From: Takakia lepidozioides
Lineage: Eukaryota > Plantae > Bryophyta
Direction: 5' to 3'
NCBI GenBank assembly: GCA_030704615.1
Contig: CM060733.1
Coordinates: 33,232,001-33,296,000, forward strand
DNA length: 64,000 bases
Shown here: piece by piece, positions 12,701 to 23,966 of the stretch
How positions within the stretch are numbered: position 1 is the first letter of the stretch
Layout: each line of letters starts with the position of its first letter
Position numbers and translations under genes: made by a program
Notes under the pieces: generated by a model
The model's database searches: none
Told to the model about the DNA's origin: nothing
Seen by the model: the letters and a program-made list of their open reading frames with translations, nothing else

Positions 12701-14095
12701 TCTGTTAAAACGACCAGTGGGCGCTGAGCAGCCATAGCTTCAACCACAGCCTCACCTAGACCCAGCTACAACCAGCAAAGCTCCAAGCATGTACAGGGAA
12801 GAAGCTTGAGAAACCTATTTTCATGCCCTGCTAACAAGGAAGAACAACCTACTGTAAGAACCATGCTTTTGCTGCTTTTTTGAACAAAGAGCACAATTAT
12901 CATTACAGAAGCAAATGGAGGTACCGGAAAATCCACCAAAAATCATCATGCCACTTTCAGCCTCCTTCAAAATCTCCCACAATAAAGATAGCCTCACCTT
13001 GTCAAACCTGTTGTCCCACCACTGTGAAGGATCTGAGAGAAACTCCCGCCAGAGCTGATCTATGCTCATTGTGTCTCCTGCATGCAAACAGAAGTCAAGC
13101 ATAGATCTACAGCAGCTCGTGTAGGCTGAGTCTCATTGCGCAGTGGCATAGTCTCCCCAGTGGGCTTCCCATGGAAGTAATCAACTTGTTTCTCTGTTTC
13201 TCTCCAGAAATGTTCACAGTTTAACTGGCTCCCTATGTGTCCAAATGGCTCCTATGTGTCCAAAATATGCAGAGTGTTATATTATGTGTTTGTTCTGCAT
13301 AGTTTTTTTCATGATCTTTTTGGGTTTTTCAAGGACCTCATAAAGTGTTTCTCTGTCTATCTCTCCTGTTCGCCAGAATTGGGCACAGAACTACAGCAGA
13401 CGTCACATGAGTACATCTCTCTCCCTCTCCAGCTTCTCAAGCTTGGTGCCACTCATGCATACAGACATGTGTCCAAAATTTTCTGGACTGGGGACTAGAG
13501 CAGCAGTGATTTTTAGCATGACCTACATCAATCCTCCACTCCCTGAAATTGGATTCTCTTTGGCTGTGGGCTATATTTGCATGTTCAATTCCATACCCTG
13601 GTAGGTAGAAACCCCACAATTGACTCGGGACTATTTCCTTGAAGGAAGCGTCATAGCCATTACTAGCAGGACCAATCAATAAGTGCATCCCTCTTCTACC
13701 TCATTCTCCATAGGTTAGTGAATGTTGGTTTCCACTTCTCCACAACAATTGAAGGACAACAAGATTGTCAATTCCACTCATGTACGACCATAAAGTAAAC
13801 ATCTAGGACGGTCAAGGACAACATCGAGGCTGTGTTGAGAGAAGCAGAAAATTCTAAGCAAATATGCACGTCTTTTACCTTTCTCCGCTATCTCTGGTGG
13901 ATAGGGAAGCATCGTAGCCACCACTCGCACGGGTCTGGGGCCCGACAATGCCAAACTGGATACCCATATCACCTCCATGTCCTTTAATCTGTTATATGAT
14001 GTGAGGTTTTCCACCAATTCGTCGAATGGAGAAAAGGGGGGCTTTGATATAGCCGATCCCTGCGTGCTCAGGAGAGCTCCGAAGCTCTCCACCAT
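9750..14095 (-). CDS. PLS-class PPR-E1-E2-DYW RNA editing factor (C-to-U type) with an N-terminal OSB-like PDF motif; exons 14095-13879 (tentative), 13077-12998, 12701-9750
   Basis: About 21 P/L/S repeats, E1/E2, PG box (KEPGHSCIE), HSERLA, CGDCH and terminal GDYW*. GT-AG introns in consistent phase join ..WWDNRFDK|KSPRSPDFRHKRTKEALW.. to the main ORF. Exon 1 ends in phase 1, matching the phase of exon 2. Confidence 0.93.
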
Positions 14096-14438
14096 CCCTC
14101 TGCTAGAGACGACGGGAGGGGAAGCAAGAAGAGAAACTTTTACAATCTAACCACCCACATGAGCATTTAAAAGAAACATTCGTTGTCACATCTCTCTTAC
14201 ACTTCACTGGTGCACTTGTCGACGAATTCGAAGGTTAAAGCCAGAGAATTCTGCTGCAATCAAAAGTTCGCGACTACTGTACTTTCGGTTCCTCAACAGA
14301 ACCCAAGTCTTATTAGTAAAGACTACCTACAAGTCTTGTCTCTTTCTTCTCTCTAGATGCAATGGAGTTCTCACTTTCACCACGAGCACAGTTATGTCAT
14401 ACACCTATATAGGTAGAGTGAAAGTGACTTAAGCGTTC

Positions 14439-14446
14439 TAGGGTTT
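14439..14446. promoter_or_regulatory. Telo-box (TAGGGTTT) in the ~550-bp divergent region between the PPR-DYW gene and ZNHIT3
   Basis: Exact reverse complement of AAACCCTA, about 200 bp upstream of the ZNHIT3 ATG. Telo-boxes are common in ribosome-biogenesis gene promoters. Confidence 0.4.
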
Positions 14447-14648
14447 CCAAATCCAAAGGTATTAATTTTACTTGCTTGTTTCCAGGAGTCAAGGCCTGTG
14501 ATTCTACAGCTCCTTTTCAACTGCATCTGGTATATAGTCGGTCTGTAGGTATTCAGGGACGTGCGTACTTTCTTGAAACTGTGGTCGCTCTTTGCGACAT
14601 AATCTGTACTTGCTAAGATTCCTGGTTCAGAGACTCGCCCAGTCGGCA

Positions 14649-14969
14649 ATGGGGCGTCAATGCGAGGTGTGCAAAGATGCTGAATCCAAATACAAATGCC
14701 CTTGTTGCCTTGCACCCTAGTAAGTGTCTTTTCACCTATGTCACGTTGTAGTCTAATGCAGATCTTCCCTCGCCTTGCATGGGTGATATTCGCATTAAAA
14801 TAGAAAAGGTTATGTTCACGTGCTCCTGATTGGCAGTATGTGGTGCCTACAGCCTTGCCCGATTCCTGATGGTAGTAGTACAATGTAATCACCTCTTGCG
14901 CGAATTGTCTCTCTACAGATCTCTTCAATTTCGTCACTCCCCCACCCCTTTCCACTGGACTATATAAGC

Positions 14970-15011
<42 letters not shown>

Positions 15012-18000
15012 CCAAAGACCTCTCTCTCCAACTGTAATTGGGATGCACATATTCAAAAAGTCGTTCAATCTGGCAAGCGCAAAGCGCTGGGTCTGACTAA
15101 ATTTTTCCAGTGCAGAGGGATCAACTCTGAAGTAAAAACAACCATGCTTTGCCGCGTTGTTAGGCCTGCCGTGCAGTATGGGTTGATAACTCCAACCAGG
15201 CTAAGTCTCTAGAATCCATTCAAGTTGGGGTGCTTAAGGAGTGCATGTCAGCATGCTCCAAAACAGCCACCGTGGGTACTCGGGGTGAGTTTGGCATCCC
15301 TTCCTTAAGCTCCCGACGAGATGAATTCAAGGTCAGATGGTGGGTCAGCTGCAACATATGTCTAATATCAGATATTCTTGAAAGCAGGATCGCCCTGTCA
15401 AACAGGCCAAGTCCTGGTGGAAGAGAGTAGAAGAGATTCTCAAGGATCTGAATCTAAGCCCGCAAAGTCTTGAACATGCTGGATAAATCTGACTTAGAGG
15501 CTGTAGTGTCCAAAGCCATGTCTGTTGCCAGGAAATTGTCTGATGAAAATGTAGTAGGCAGAAAACTTCCCTGAACTTGTTTCCAGTCTGTGAGATGGGA
15601 TCATGGATGACCTCAAGGGTTTACCCACCCTCGGCACTAGACAGAAATTTAGACTCAGGGTGGGAAGCCTACCGGCATCAGCCCCTGACGAAGGTAGTTT
15701 CTGTCCCTTTGTGTTCCGCTCAAACTGAGCACAGGGTCAATGGCCACAAGGCTACGGCAAACAACGCCTTATGGGTGCATTCTCTCCCAAAGACCCTATC
15801 ACTGTGGTTCTAGAGTTCGTTATGTGTGATCGACCTAGATAGAAGCTTCCTTTTCTGGACTGCGACACTAGACAAGCCCTTACTGAACAGGCCATCCCTT
15901 ACCTCATTAGTCCAAGTGGTTATAATCCTTCTACCTCAGGAGGGATATAGTGCTTAAGATCTCCAGGAGCAGCCTTGCTACGGGACTCCACTTGGTTTCC
16001 ACACCAACAAACTTCTTGTGCTACTGTAAATAGCATTTAATTAAATTCCTCAACCCTTGAACGTTGTGCTGCTGTCATGTTGCACTGGTCAGTGACAATC
16101 AATGATTGCATATATAGTTAGTGCTTGATCCTTCACAGCCAGGTCATTCATTAGCCTCTGTTAATATGCCAACACTTCGGCTCTGCGACTTCAGACCAGT
16201 TTTATGCCATATTTCTGGGTCTTGCAATCACTGAGTATAAACAGCTTGGTATTCAGATTCCTGGAATCACAATAGCTCCAGCCCCACAGTCGGAAGTGTT
16301 AACTCCACCAACCAGGTGGATTAAAAATGTGACCTTCGACACAAGCACATGTATCGAGCCAGACTTCGTGCACAGTGTCCATAGCCCTAACACTGTCGCC
16401 TCTTGACCTTGACTAGGGATCATGCTTCTAGTTGTAGGTCTATGTTAATCTTCATTGGATGGTCAATTCTCTGCATATGTGCATAGGTGGTACCTCAATC
16501 CAGCTATATAACTGGTGTGTTTTGCGGTTGCAGTTGTTCGGTGGCATGCTACCGGCATCACAAAGGTGTGCCCCCCCGACCCATTTTTTATTTCATTATT
16601 TGTCATCAAGTAGAGGGTTGATTCTCATGAAGTGTATTTGGTATTTGTCTCATGTATACCATGTATGGGGGCATGTGCAGAGACACCATGCTCAAAGCCA
16701 GAGTCTCCAATGCCTTCAAATGGTAATTGCTCCTCTAAAGCAGTATTCCTAGGAAAATGTTTTGAAAACTTTTTGATTTGATAGGCTTTTGGAATTGGTT
16801 GAGTTACAGGTAGAGAAGTTTTATTACTTGATCATAATGGTTATGCTTCAAGCATAGTCATGATGCTCTATAAGAAGGAATATTCTTGTCCATCAATTGT
16901 GCTAGAACATAAACTGCAATCATGGAGTCTCCTCGAATTAATGTAAATGTCCACACTGAAGTGTGTTTGAGAGATCACAGTGCAGTTTTGCCAAAGACAT
17001 TCTCACATAATAATGCAATTAGTCCAGTTCTGTCAAATGTTGGCACGGTTTGTGGATACCTTCTGACCACTTCCTTGAACTTATTATCTGGTAGTCTGGT
17101 GCAATGGGTCCTTGGTGGTCTATAGATCATCATGTTTCATTTAACAGGCTTTTAATCCGCTGGGCATGTAAGAGCAATGTCAACCCAATCAAGATTATAC
17201 AGTTACATGCTACATGTTTGCTTGCACTCTGCAGAGGAATTAGGACAGCCACCACGTGCATTTGAAGAGGACAGTGAGGAGTCTGGATTGAGGTTGCGCC
17301 GATCCCAGCTAGAGGCAATTGGTGCTACCTCTCTCCTTGTATTGAGCCTCTGCCACTTGATTGATTTTAGAAAACCACGATTGGTGGATGAGTTTTTCTT
17401 GAAGCAGTGTGTATTGTGATGGTTTTCCGTGTTAAAATGTATACGCTCTTTCATAGATGTACCGAAGTTAGATTGGTTGAAGGATATGGTTGGTAGTATC
17501 TCATGCCATGGAGTTGACTGTTATGAAATATAACGTATCTGTGGAGATTGCTTGCCAAGAAGCTGGAAAAGCACCAAAAGAAATTCCCACTAGTTGACAG
17601 TCAGGTTCTACTATGGTCTTATGTAAAGATGTTGCTCACTATTGAAAGAACATTATCATCTCCTTTGATCATTGACATATTGAGAATTACAGGCTTCACA
17701 TGTGTAAGGAGCTGCATCCTAGTACATTCCTAGTGACAGTCAAGGAGGGTATATGTGGGTAAAGATACTGGTGATGGGGTGCAGTGGCATCAGATGAAAT
17801 ACGGCGTATGCTAAGAGATCAGGAGCTTCAGAAACTCATCATGAAAATTGATTCTGCTACAAATGCAGAGCAGGTACTCTCTCCATATCTCTCTGTCTCT
17901 CTGGATCATGAATGTCATCTCAATCTGGTTCCTCAAGTCGCTGGCACCATTTTGCAGGAGCTTGACAAGGCTATGGAAGGACCAGCTTTTCAGGAATTCA

Positions 18001-18412
18001 CAGACAAGGTATCCTGCCCTTGTTCAAACCGAGTTAGTGTCAAGACCGTTTAGAGGCCATCAGCAAATCTGTAGGTCAATTGGGCTGTCGTTCGAATTGT
18101 AGATTACCAAAATCAAGAAATTTGTTGTTTGCAAAGGAGCTCTCTTGTATTGTTTCTGTTGCATGTATGGTGAGAGCATTTGCAACTAGTCCTCGTTGGC
18201 TATTGATTGTGCTGTTAATTTGCATTCACAGTATTGACTGGAAGCAACAGTACAATAGAAATGTGACGGAGATGAGATGCACACGGAAAGTGATAGAAAC
18301 ATGACTTGCAAGTTAAACTTTCCTGTTGTCAGGTTTGCCAATGCTTATCCTGTGTGTGCAGATTCTGGGGATTGTCAACCCAGAGGATAATTTTCTTCTC
18401 TCTCAATCTTGA
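14649..18412 (+). CDS. ZNHIT3: Zinc finger HIT domain protein (ZNHIT3/Hit1-like, box C/D snoRNP assembly); exons 14649-14719, 16534-16565, 16681-16722, 17235-17321, 17785-17873, 17958-18008, 18362-18412
   Basis: Spliced product MGRQCEVCKDAESKYKCPCCLAPY|CSVACYRHHK (zf-HIT) ... LEAIVASDEIRRMLRDQELQKLIMKID...ELDKAMEGPAFQEFTDKILGIV (Hit1 C-terminal). All six introns are GT-AG and in phase. Confidence 0.88.
14975..15010. repeat. (CT)n microsatellite
   Basis: Direct reading. Other CT/GA tracts lie at ~7144-7162, 21050-21081, 23870-23896 and 34648-34667. Confidence 0.9.
15020..15630 (+). mobile_element. Degenerate LINE RT/3' fragment inside ZNHIT3 intron 1
   Basis: Homologous to 6860-7145 (inverted) and to 4495-4760. 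Encodes LESIQVGVLKECMSACSKTA..RGEFGIPSL..RR. Confidence 0.7.
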
Positions 18413-19733
18413 ATTACATCGCGTGCATCCTTTGATACGGCCTCAATGTGTACACATTTGGAGAGCAAAATGTCAAAGCAGATTTTTGTGTACGTAGCCA
18501 GGTGTGTGGATTTATTTTGTTTATGTGTGGATATGTGATCCATACTGTTGTGAGTCGCAATAATGGCAACCAGCAATGGGTTACAAGTTAGCTCTCTTTC
18601 ATGTTTCACCTTTTCAGTCTTAGGAGATCAGACATGAGATTTTTTGTGACAGTTGTGTTTTTGCCTTGGTTGTGCAGGTGAGGCTAAGGACAAGGCCCCT
18701 TCCAAGTGGACCTGCATCCCACACCTACATGTGATAGCATGAGCCCCCTTTTTGCCATTCAATTGGATATTGCGCAGTAAAGGAGATCCAAATTCATCCT
18801 TACCAAGTTCCTTTTATAGCTCAATACTGGAACCCTTGACCTTGGGCAGAGGCTAATCTTTGTTGAGAAGCTCACCAGCTTGGTGGTGTGTAGGGCTGTT
18901 GATGAAGACAACTTGCAGTTCATTCAATTCACAAGTGAACACTATGTTTTTGTCTGAGTATTTCTATGTGGGGTCGAGAGAACTGTTTCCCTGCTAAGAC
19001 TACTTATCTGTGTTCTACAAAACAATTATGGTAGAGGTTGCAGATTGAGATTGGAAATCCCTGAGTATGCTTATCAGGCACCTTGCAGCGAACAACACCG
19101 TGCAGTGTGTTCACTTATTATGTGGTTGACATTCTCTCTCAAAATCTCAAAATCCCTGTTCACATGTATAATGACACCCGGTTTGAAGTGCTGGAATGGT
19201 TAGATAGATGTGAGAGAGAAAAAACTATAAACATAGGACGAGGACAAACACTGGCACCTATTGGCACAGCCCAGAAGCGCCGCCTGCCAGTGTCTCCAAG
19301 CCTTCCACCTTCCAGTGTCTCCAAGGTTGATGTACCCCCAACAAGCCTTCCAGAGATAAATGCCAGGAAGGTTGGCCTGGAACCTTTGAGGTTTGCTTCC
19401 TATTTTTCTTCACCCTTGAATATGAGACCACCTGAAACATGTAGTTGGGAGTACCAAATTACATGCAGCAAGCACAAGTTGGGAGCCGCCCTATAGCCGA
19501 TTCTACCTGGTCCTTGTGCTGGACCTTGGCATTTGCTTGAAAAGAATTGGTGCAGTGAATGCTTGCCCCAGGAACATACCATGCTGTCTTCGTGTGATCA
19601 AACTATGTTGCAACAAGGCCTGCTAGGGAGATTCTCTTCAAAAAGATTATCCGCCATGAGCACACACCATAGTGAATCTGCAGGCGAGCGAGCCTCAAAG
19701 AAGGTGAGGACAACTTATCATGACACCCACGCT

Positions 19734-20840
19734 CTAGAACTGGGTATCCTTCACGAGTTTCCTCTTCACAGGAATCTTCTCTTCCGCCTGCTTTTGCAGG
19801 TCCATGAATTCTGCTCCCTTGTTAGCAAACAACCTTCGGAGATTCATCACCGACAGATCTCTGAAGCTGCTCACAGCCAGATCTGCCTGTGTGAGCTCAT
19901 AAGCTGGGTGAGATCCAATGAGAGCAACTGCTTTCATTGTGCAATTGTGCGCTGCAGCAATACCCTGGGGGTCATCTTCAAAAACTACACACTTGGAAGG
20001 GGGGCGATCGAGCTTCACAGCAGCAGAGAGATACCTGTGTGCAATTGAGTCCATGCCATCCTCCTCTGTTACAAATGCTCTAAAGTACTTACAGAGGCCC
20101 ATTCTCTGTAGAACTGCAAGGAGACTGATACGATCCATGGAAGAGGCTATCGCACATGGAACCCCAGCTGTGAAGAGAGCCTCTAACCATGCTCTCAAGC
20201 CTTCCATCGGAGCTTGCACAGTGGCTAATTCCTCAAAATAAAGAGTTACTAGTCTATTCGTCAAGCGAGTTAGTTCACTTTCAGAGACAAGATCTCCCCA
20301 GTCTAAAATCTGTGCAAGAACGCGATCAATACTCATACACAGCATCTGTCTTCGTTTTTTGGAGCTCAAAGGCAGGGTTTTTCCTTCTTCTGCAGCGAGG
20401 CGATTCCACGCCACCATCCGAAGGGCATGAGTGTTGAGCAAGACGTTGTCCCAAGAATAAATCAAACCAAAAGCTTCGTCAGGCTTCATGGCATACCGGA
20501 TTCGTTGCAGTCCTCGTTCGCGCATTCGGTCATTCAAGAAGTCCACATCAACATGAAGGGGTCCTGTTGGTCTGAAGGTTGCAAATCCCTCGCCGTGCTC
20601 TGCACCTATGACTTCTTCAGTAAACAAATTAGCCCCTTTCCTTGCCAGATATCTGCCGCCATCCGCGTCGTTGTTTGAAGCGAACCCTGGTCCTTTACTA
20701 CCAGCCGCCATCACTACCCTCCTCCCTCGCCATGGCTGCTTCTGCAATCTTACAAAAGACACATCTGGTCTGGAACTAGTCAATTCCAAGGCTAAAATTG
20801 AAAACGGGGGAGAAGATGTAGGATGCCCAGCCACATGCAT
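19734..20840 (-). CDS. HAD-superfamily hydrolase, plastid-type (PyrP2-related, At3g10970-like group); intronless CDS
   Basis: MKPDEAFGLIYSWDNV motif I variant, LDRPPSKCVVFEDDPQGIAAAHNCTMKAVAL (HAD motif III/IV) and a transit-peptide-like N-terminus. First ATG is at 20840. Confidence 0.9.
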   Translation of the reverse strand: MHVAGHPTSSPPFSILALELTSSRPDVSFVRLQKQPWRGRRVVMAAGSKGPGFASNNDADGGRYLARKGANLFTEEVIGAEHGEGFATFRPTGPLHVDVDFLNDRMRERGLQRIRYAMKPDEAFGLIYSWDNVLLNTHALRMVAWNRLAAEEGKTLPLSSKKRRQMLCMSIDRVLAQILDWGDLVSESELTRLTNRLVTLYFEELATVQAPMEGLRAWLEALFTAGVPCAIASSMDRISLLAVLQRMGLCKYFRAFVTEEDGMDSIAHRYLSAAVKLDRPPSKCVVFEDDPQGIAAAHNCTMKAVALIGSHPAYELTQADLAVSSFRDLSVMNLRRLFANKGAEFMDLQKQAEEKIPVKRKLVKDTQF

Positions 20841-21044
20841 CTTGTTTCCTTCAAAGAGAGACAAATACACCCCAACCAACTTTCAAGCAACCTCGTATCT
20901 CCTCCCGTAAAATTCTTTCCCTTGCGTAATCTTGTGTCTGTTCACTCTTGACTACCCAACAACTTGAGGTTCACTTCTACTATACTTTCTCTCTCTCGCC
21001 CACTGTCTCAGTCCACGAAGTCCTCAATTTCTGGTCTTCATTTC

Positions 21045-21083
<39 letters not shown>

Positions 21084-22673
21084 GTGCACATCTCATGAGA
21101 CGTTGTCTCATGAATACATCTCTCTCTCCCTCTCTCTATCTCTACTGTCTGGCTTATTATAATCCGCCCTTCACATCCATACTGCTACCCTTCCTGCCAG
21201 AATCGAGACTGGAAACAAAACATCCAGTCTTGAGGATATTTGAAAAACCCAAAAAAGTATGGAACCAATTTCCCCGCATCGCTCGCTCCCCCACCTGTGT
21301 GTCTCTCTTGCACAACAAAAAAGAAGAAGAGACAACAGAAACGAAGAAGAAGAGGGCGGGCGGGCGGTGCCAGCTCTGTAGGCAACGTGAGGGGCCTTCT
21401 CACCTATCAACCAATGGATAGGAGGTACTGCTGCTTTTTATATTTTTGGAGACTGGGGAAAATAGTAAAGATAAAAGTGACTGCTGCCAGCTGCCCTTAG
21501 TACCAAAGGGCCCTTTGCAACGGACCCATTTGACTATCCTTTTATCCAGCAGTGTGTCAAGGGCTGCCAACAGGAGTGAAACAGTGCTTCATAGTGAACA
21601 TGTTGTGAATGTGCCACAGATCGAACAAGAGAGCCATGTGTTACAGCTCTGTCTGCTATGAAGTCAATTGAAGGAAACGATGGGTAACATCATATGGAAC
21701 AAAGCTGCTGCGGAGAAAGCAAGGAATCATTTCAGTACAGATAGGCTCAAAGACAGGTTTCCCTTCTGTGGGCCCGGGACTAGACCCTGAGGTATTTACT
21801 CATTTGAAAGCACAGACGGGAAAGCAAAGAATGAAAGACCCGGTGCCTCATTTATGATTAAACTCCAGAGTTGAGAGTGAGAGAGAGAAGAGAGGTAATG
21901 TAAAACACCAGGTTGAATTAGAAATACAAAACAGGTAATAGCCTTGGGGCAGAAAGAGATCTGGTGTGACTGACTGATCTCATTGAAGCCATAATTCTGT
22001 AAGACAACTGTATTCTCATTTCGGCACTAGAAAGGGGGAGAGGGAGGGGTCCTCTAAATAACAATTAAACAAGAAACTGACACAGAGAGAGATGCTGAGG
22101 CATTGCAGCCATAGTTCTGTGACACATCTGAATTTTGATTTTAGCGCTAGAAGAGAGAAAGGTCATGTCATTCACAAACAAGAACCACAAAAGCAGCAAG
22201 CAGAGGAGAAAAAGAACTGTGGCTCTGAGGCAGAAGGAGCTCCTTCTGCATTACAAAGATGAAGTTTTTGACTGCTAAGTACACTAGCAAGATTGGGAGA
22301 GATACAATGGCACGGTATGAACAGGCACAATAATCCTAATAGAGTTAACGTACTCTCTCTGTGGGCTCTCTGTGCGAGTTACTAAATAGCCCATCGAGAT
22401 AGAAATGTGGTCGTGTGAATAAATATGCATACCCTTCAGTGCTGGATCCTTTACTAGTGCATGAGTCGGGTTTCCCTGTTCCAGCTCTACCTGCAACTGA
22501 ATTGCAGCAGACTCCAACCTGATCGATTATGTTGGATGATGCACAAAGGATGAGGCTTGCAACTCATTTGGAAACACACCATTTGGCCAGTTCAGCTTCT
22601 ATTTTTTTCTTTTAGCTGGAAATTGTGCGTGTTCTAACGGAGATTTTGGTGTCTCTAGCTACCTATCATCTAT

Positions 22674-23573
22674 CTACCTCCGCTGCCTCTTTGTTACGCG
22701 TTGAAGCTCGCTCTCCCTGTCACCCCGGGATCGCTTCCCTGTGCTCTCTGCTCTCTGTCGCTGACGTCTCCTCCATGTTTTTCCATGAAATGGTATGAAA
22801 TTTTCAAATCGCGGCCTCTTCAGCATTCTGTTCTGAAGATATGTCTGTGCATTTAATAAAAATTCCGGTGACTCGCTCTCCTCTCGCAGCCTCTTCCATG
22901 CATCAGAGATGCAAACTTGCAAATCAGCCGTCCCCTTATCATCCGGCTGTTTCTCCCTCACGAACCGCTTCCACGTTCTCTTCAGAACTTGGCCCTCTCC
23001 CCCTGCGATCTCCTCCTTCCTATTTTTTACTATCCGCGTCCTCTTCTCCAGTTGACCCTGCGACTCTTCGTCGTCCTCGCTCGCTTTCCTCTTCTTAGTT
23101 TTTTTATTTCGAGCGTCTGCCCTTCTCCTCCATAACTTCCCCACATTCCGTTCCAGGACCCTCATCTCAAACTCAAACTGTGACCTCTTCTCATCATTGT
23201 CCTCTGCATCTGTCTCATCCTCCCCAGCTTCACCCACCTCCAGCTTCCTTGCCCCATTCGATTCTCCCTCCTCCCATAGCCTCTCTTGCCTATCCTCAAA
23301 ACCCTCTTCATCTCTGAAACCCTCGACCTTTTTCCACCTCTTCTCGTCACTTTCCAGACCCTCCCCCTCTCCCAGTTGCCGCTTCCTGCTCAACGATTGC
23401 AACTCTTGCTTTCTCCCAATCTCTTGCTTCTTACTGGCACCCAGACCCTCATCCGTTCCATATATTTCACTCCATCGTCTCTTACATGAAGATCTGCGAA
23501 CCGCCTGCCTCTTTGCCATCCTGCCGGCCCCATCCTCTGTCTCCCCTTCTGCCAACTCTCTCTTCCGCGACAT
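22674..23573 (-). CDS. Orphan ~299-aa highly charged (R/K/E) protein with repeated NLS-like motifs
   Basis: Long uninterrupted frame from ATG 23573 (MSRKRELAEGE). Repeated SRKR..EGE and KR.W motifs. Divergent from prohibitin. Confidence 0.5.
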   Translation of the reverse strand: MSRKRELAEGETEDGAGRMAKRQAVRRSSCKRRWSEIYGTDEGLGASKKQEIGRKQELQSLSRKRQLGEGEGLESDEKRWKKVEGFRDEEGFEDRQERLWEEGESNGARKLEVGEAGEDETDAEDNDEKRSQFEFEMRVLERNVGKLWRRRADARNKKTKKRKASEDDEESQGQLEKRTRIVKNRKEEIAGGEGQVLKRTWKRFVREKQPDDKGTADLQVCISDAWKRLREESESPEFLLNAQTYLQNRMLKRPRFENFIPFHGKTWRRRQRQRAESTGKRSRGDRESELQRVTKRQRR

Positions 23574-23812
23574 CCCCCCCACATCTGTAATCTGTACCTT
23601 CAAAAACACCCTCAAGCTTCCTCAAACCTCCGCTACAACACTCTATCTCCCTCCATATCTCATTTCCATATCCTCCATTGCGTTGCTCTCTCGCCTTCCC
23701 TCTCACACAAACAGCTCTGCACTCTTCATGCTTGCTTCTTCCTCTATCATTCGTCCAACGTCCGTCTATCGTGCGTCCGTCGTCGTACGTCTATCGTTCG
23801 TCTAATATTCGG

Positions 23813-23828
23813 AAACCCTAACCCTAAA
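23813..23828. promoter_or_regulatory. Telo-box (AAACCCTAACCCTAAA) upstream of prohibitin
   Basis: Exact motif about 140 bp upstream of the ATG, followed by a CT-rich 5' UTR. Confidence 0.45.
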
Positions 23829-23966
23829 CGTCCATCGCCATCGTCTTCCGTGTTTGCCTCCACTGTCTCTTCTCTCTCTCTCTCTCTCTCTCTCTCGCAG
23901 AGAAGGAACTGCGCAGGCAGGAGTGTGTGTGAGAAACGGAACGAGTCCACAGTCTATCGTAGAGCA

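Noticed and set aside
14392-15048. 218-aa minus-strand ORF
   Set aside because: It is antisense to ZNHIT3 exon 1, runs through a microsatellite and has no motifs.
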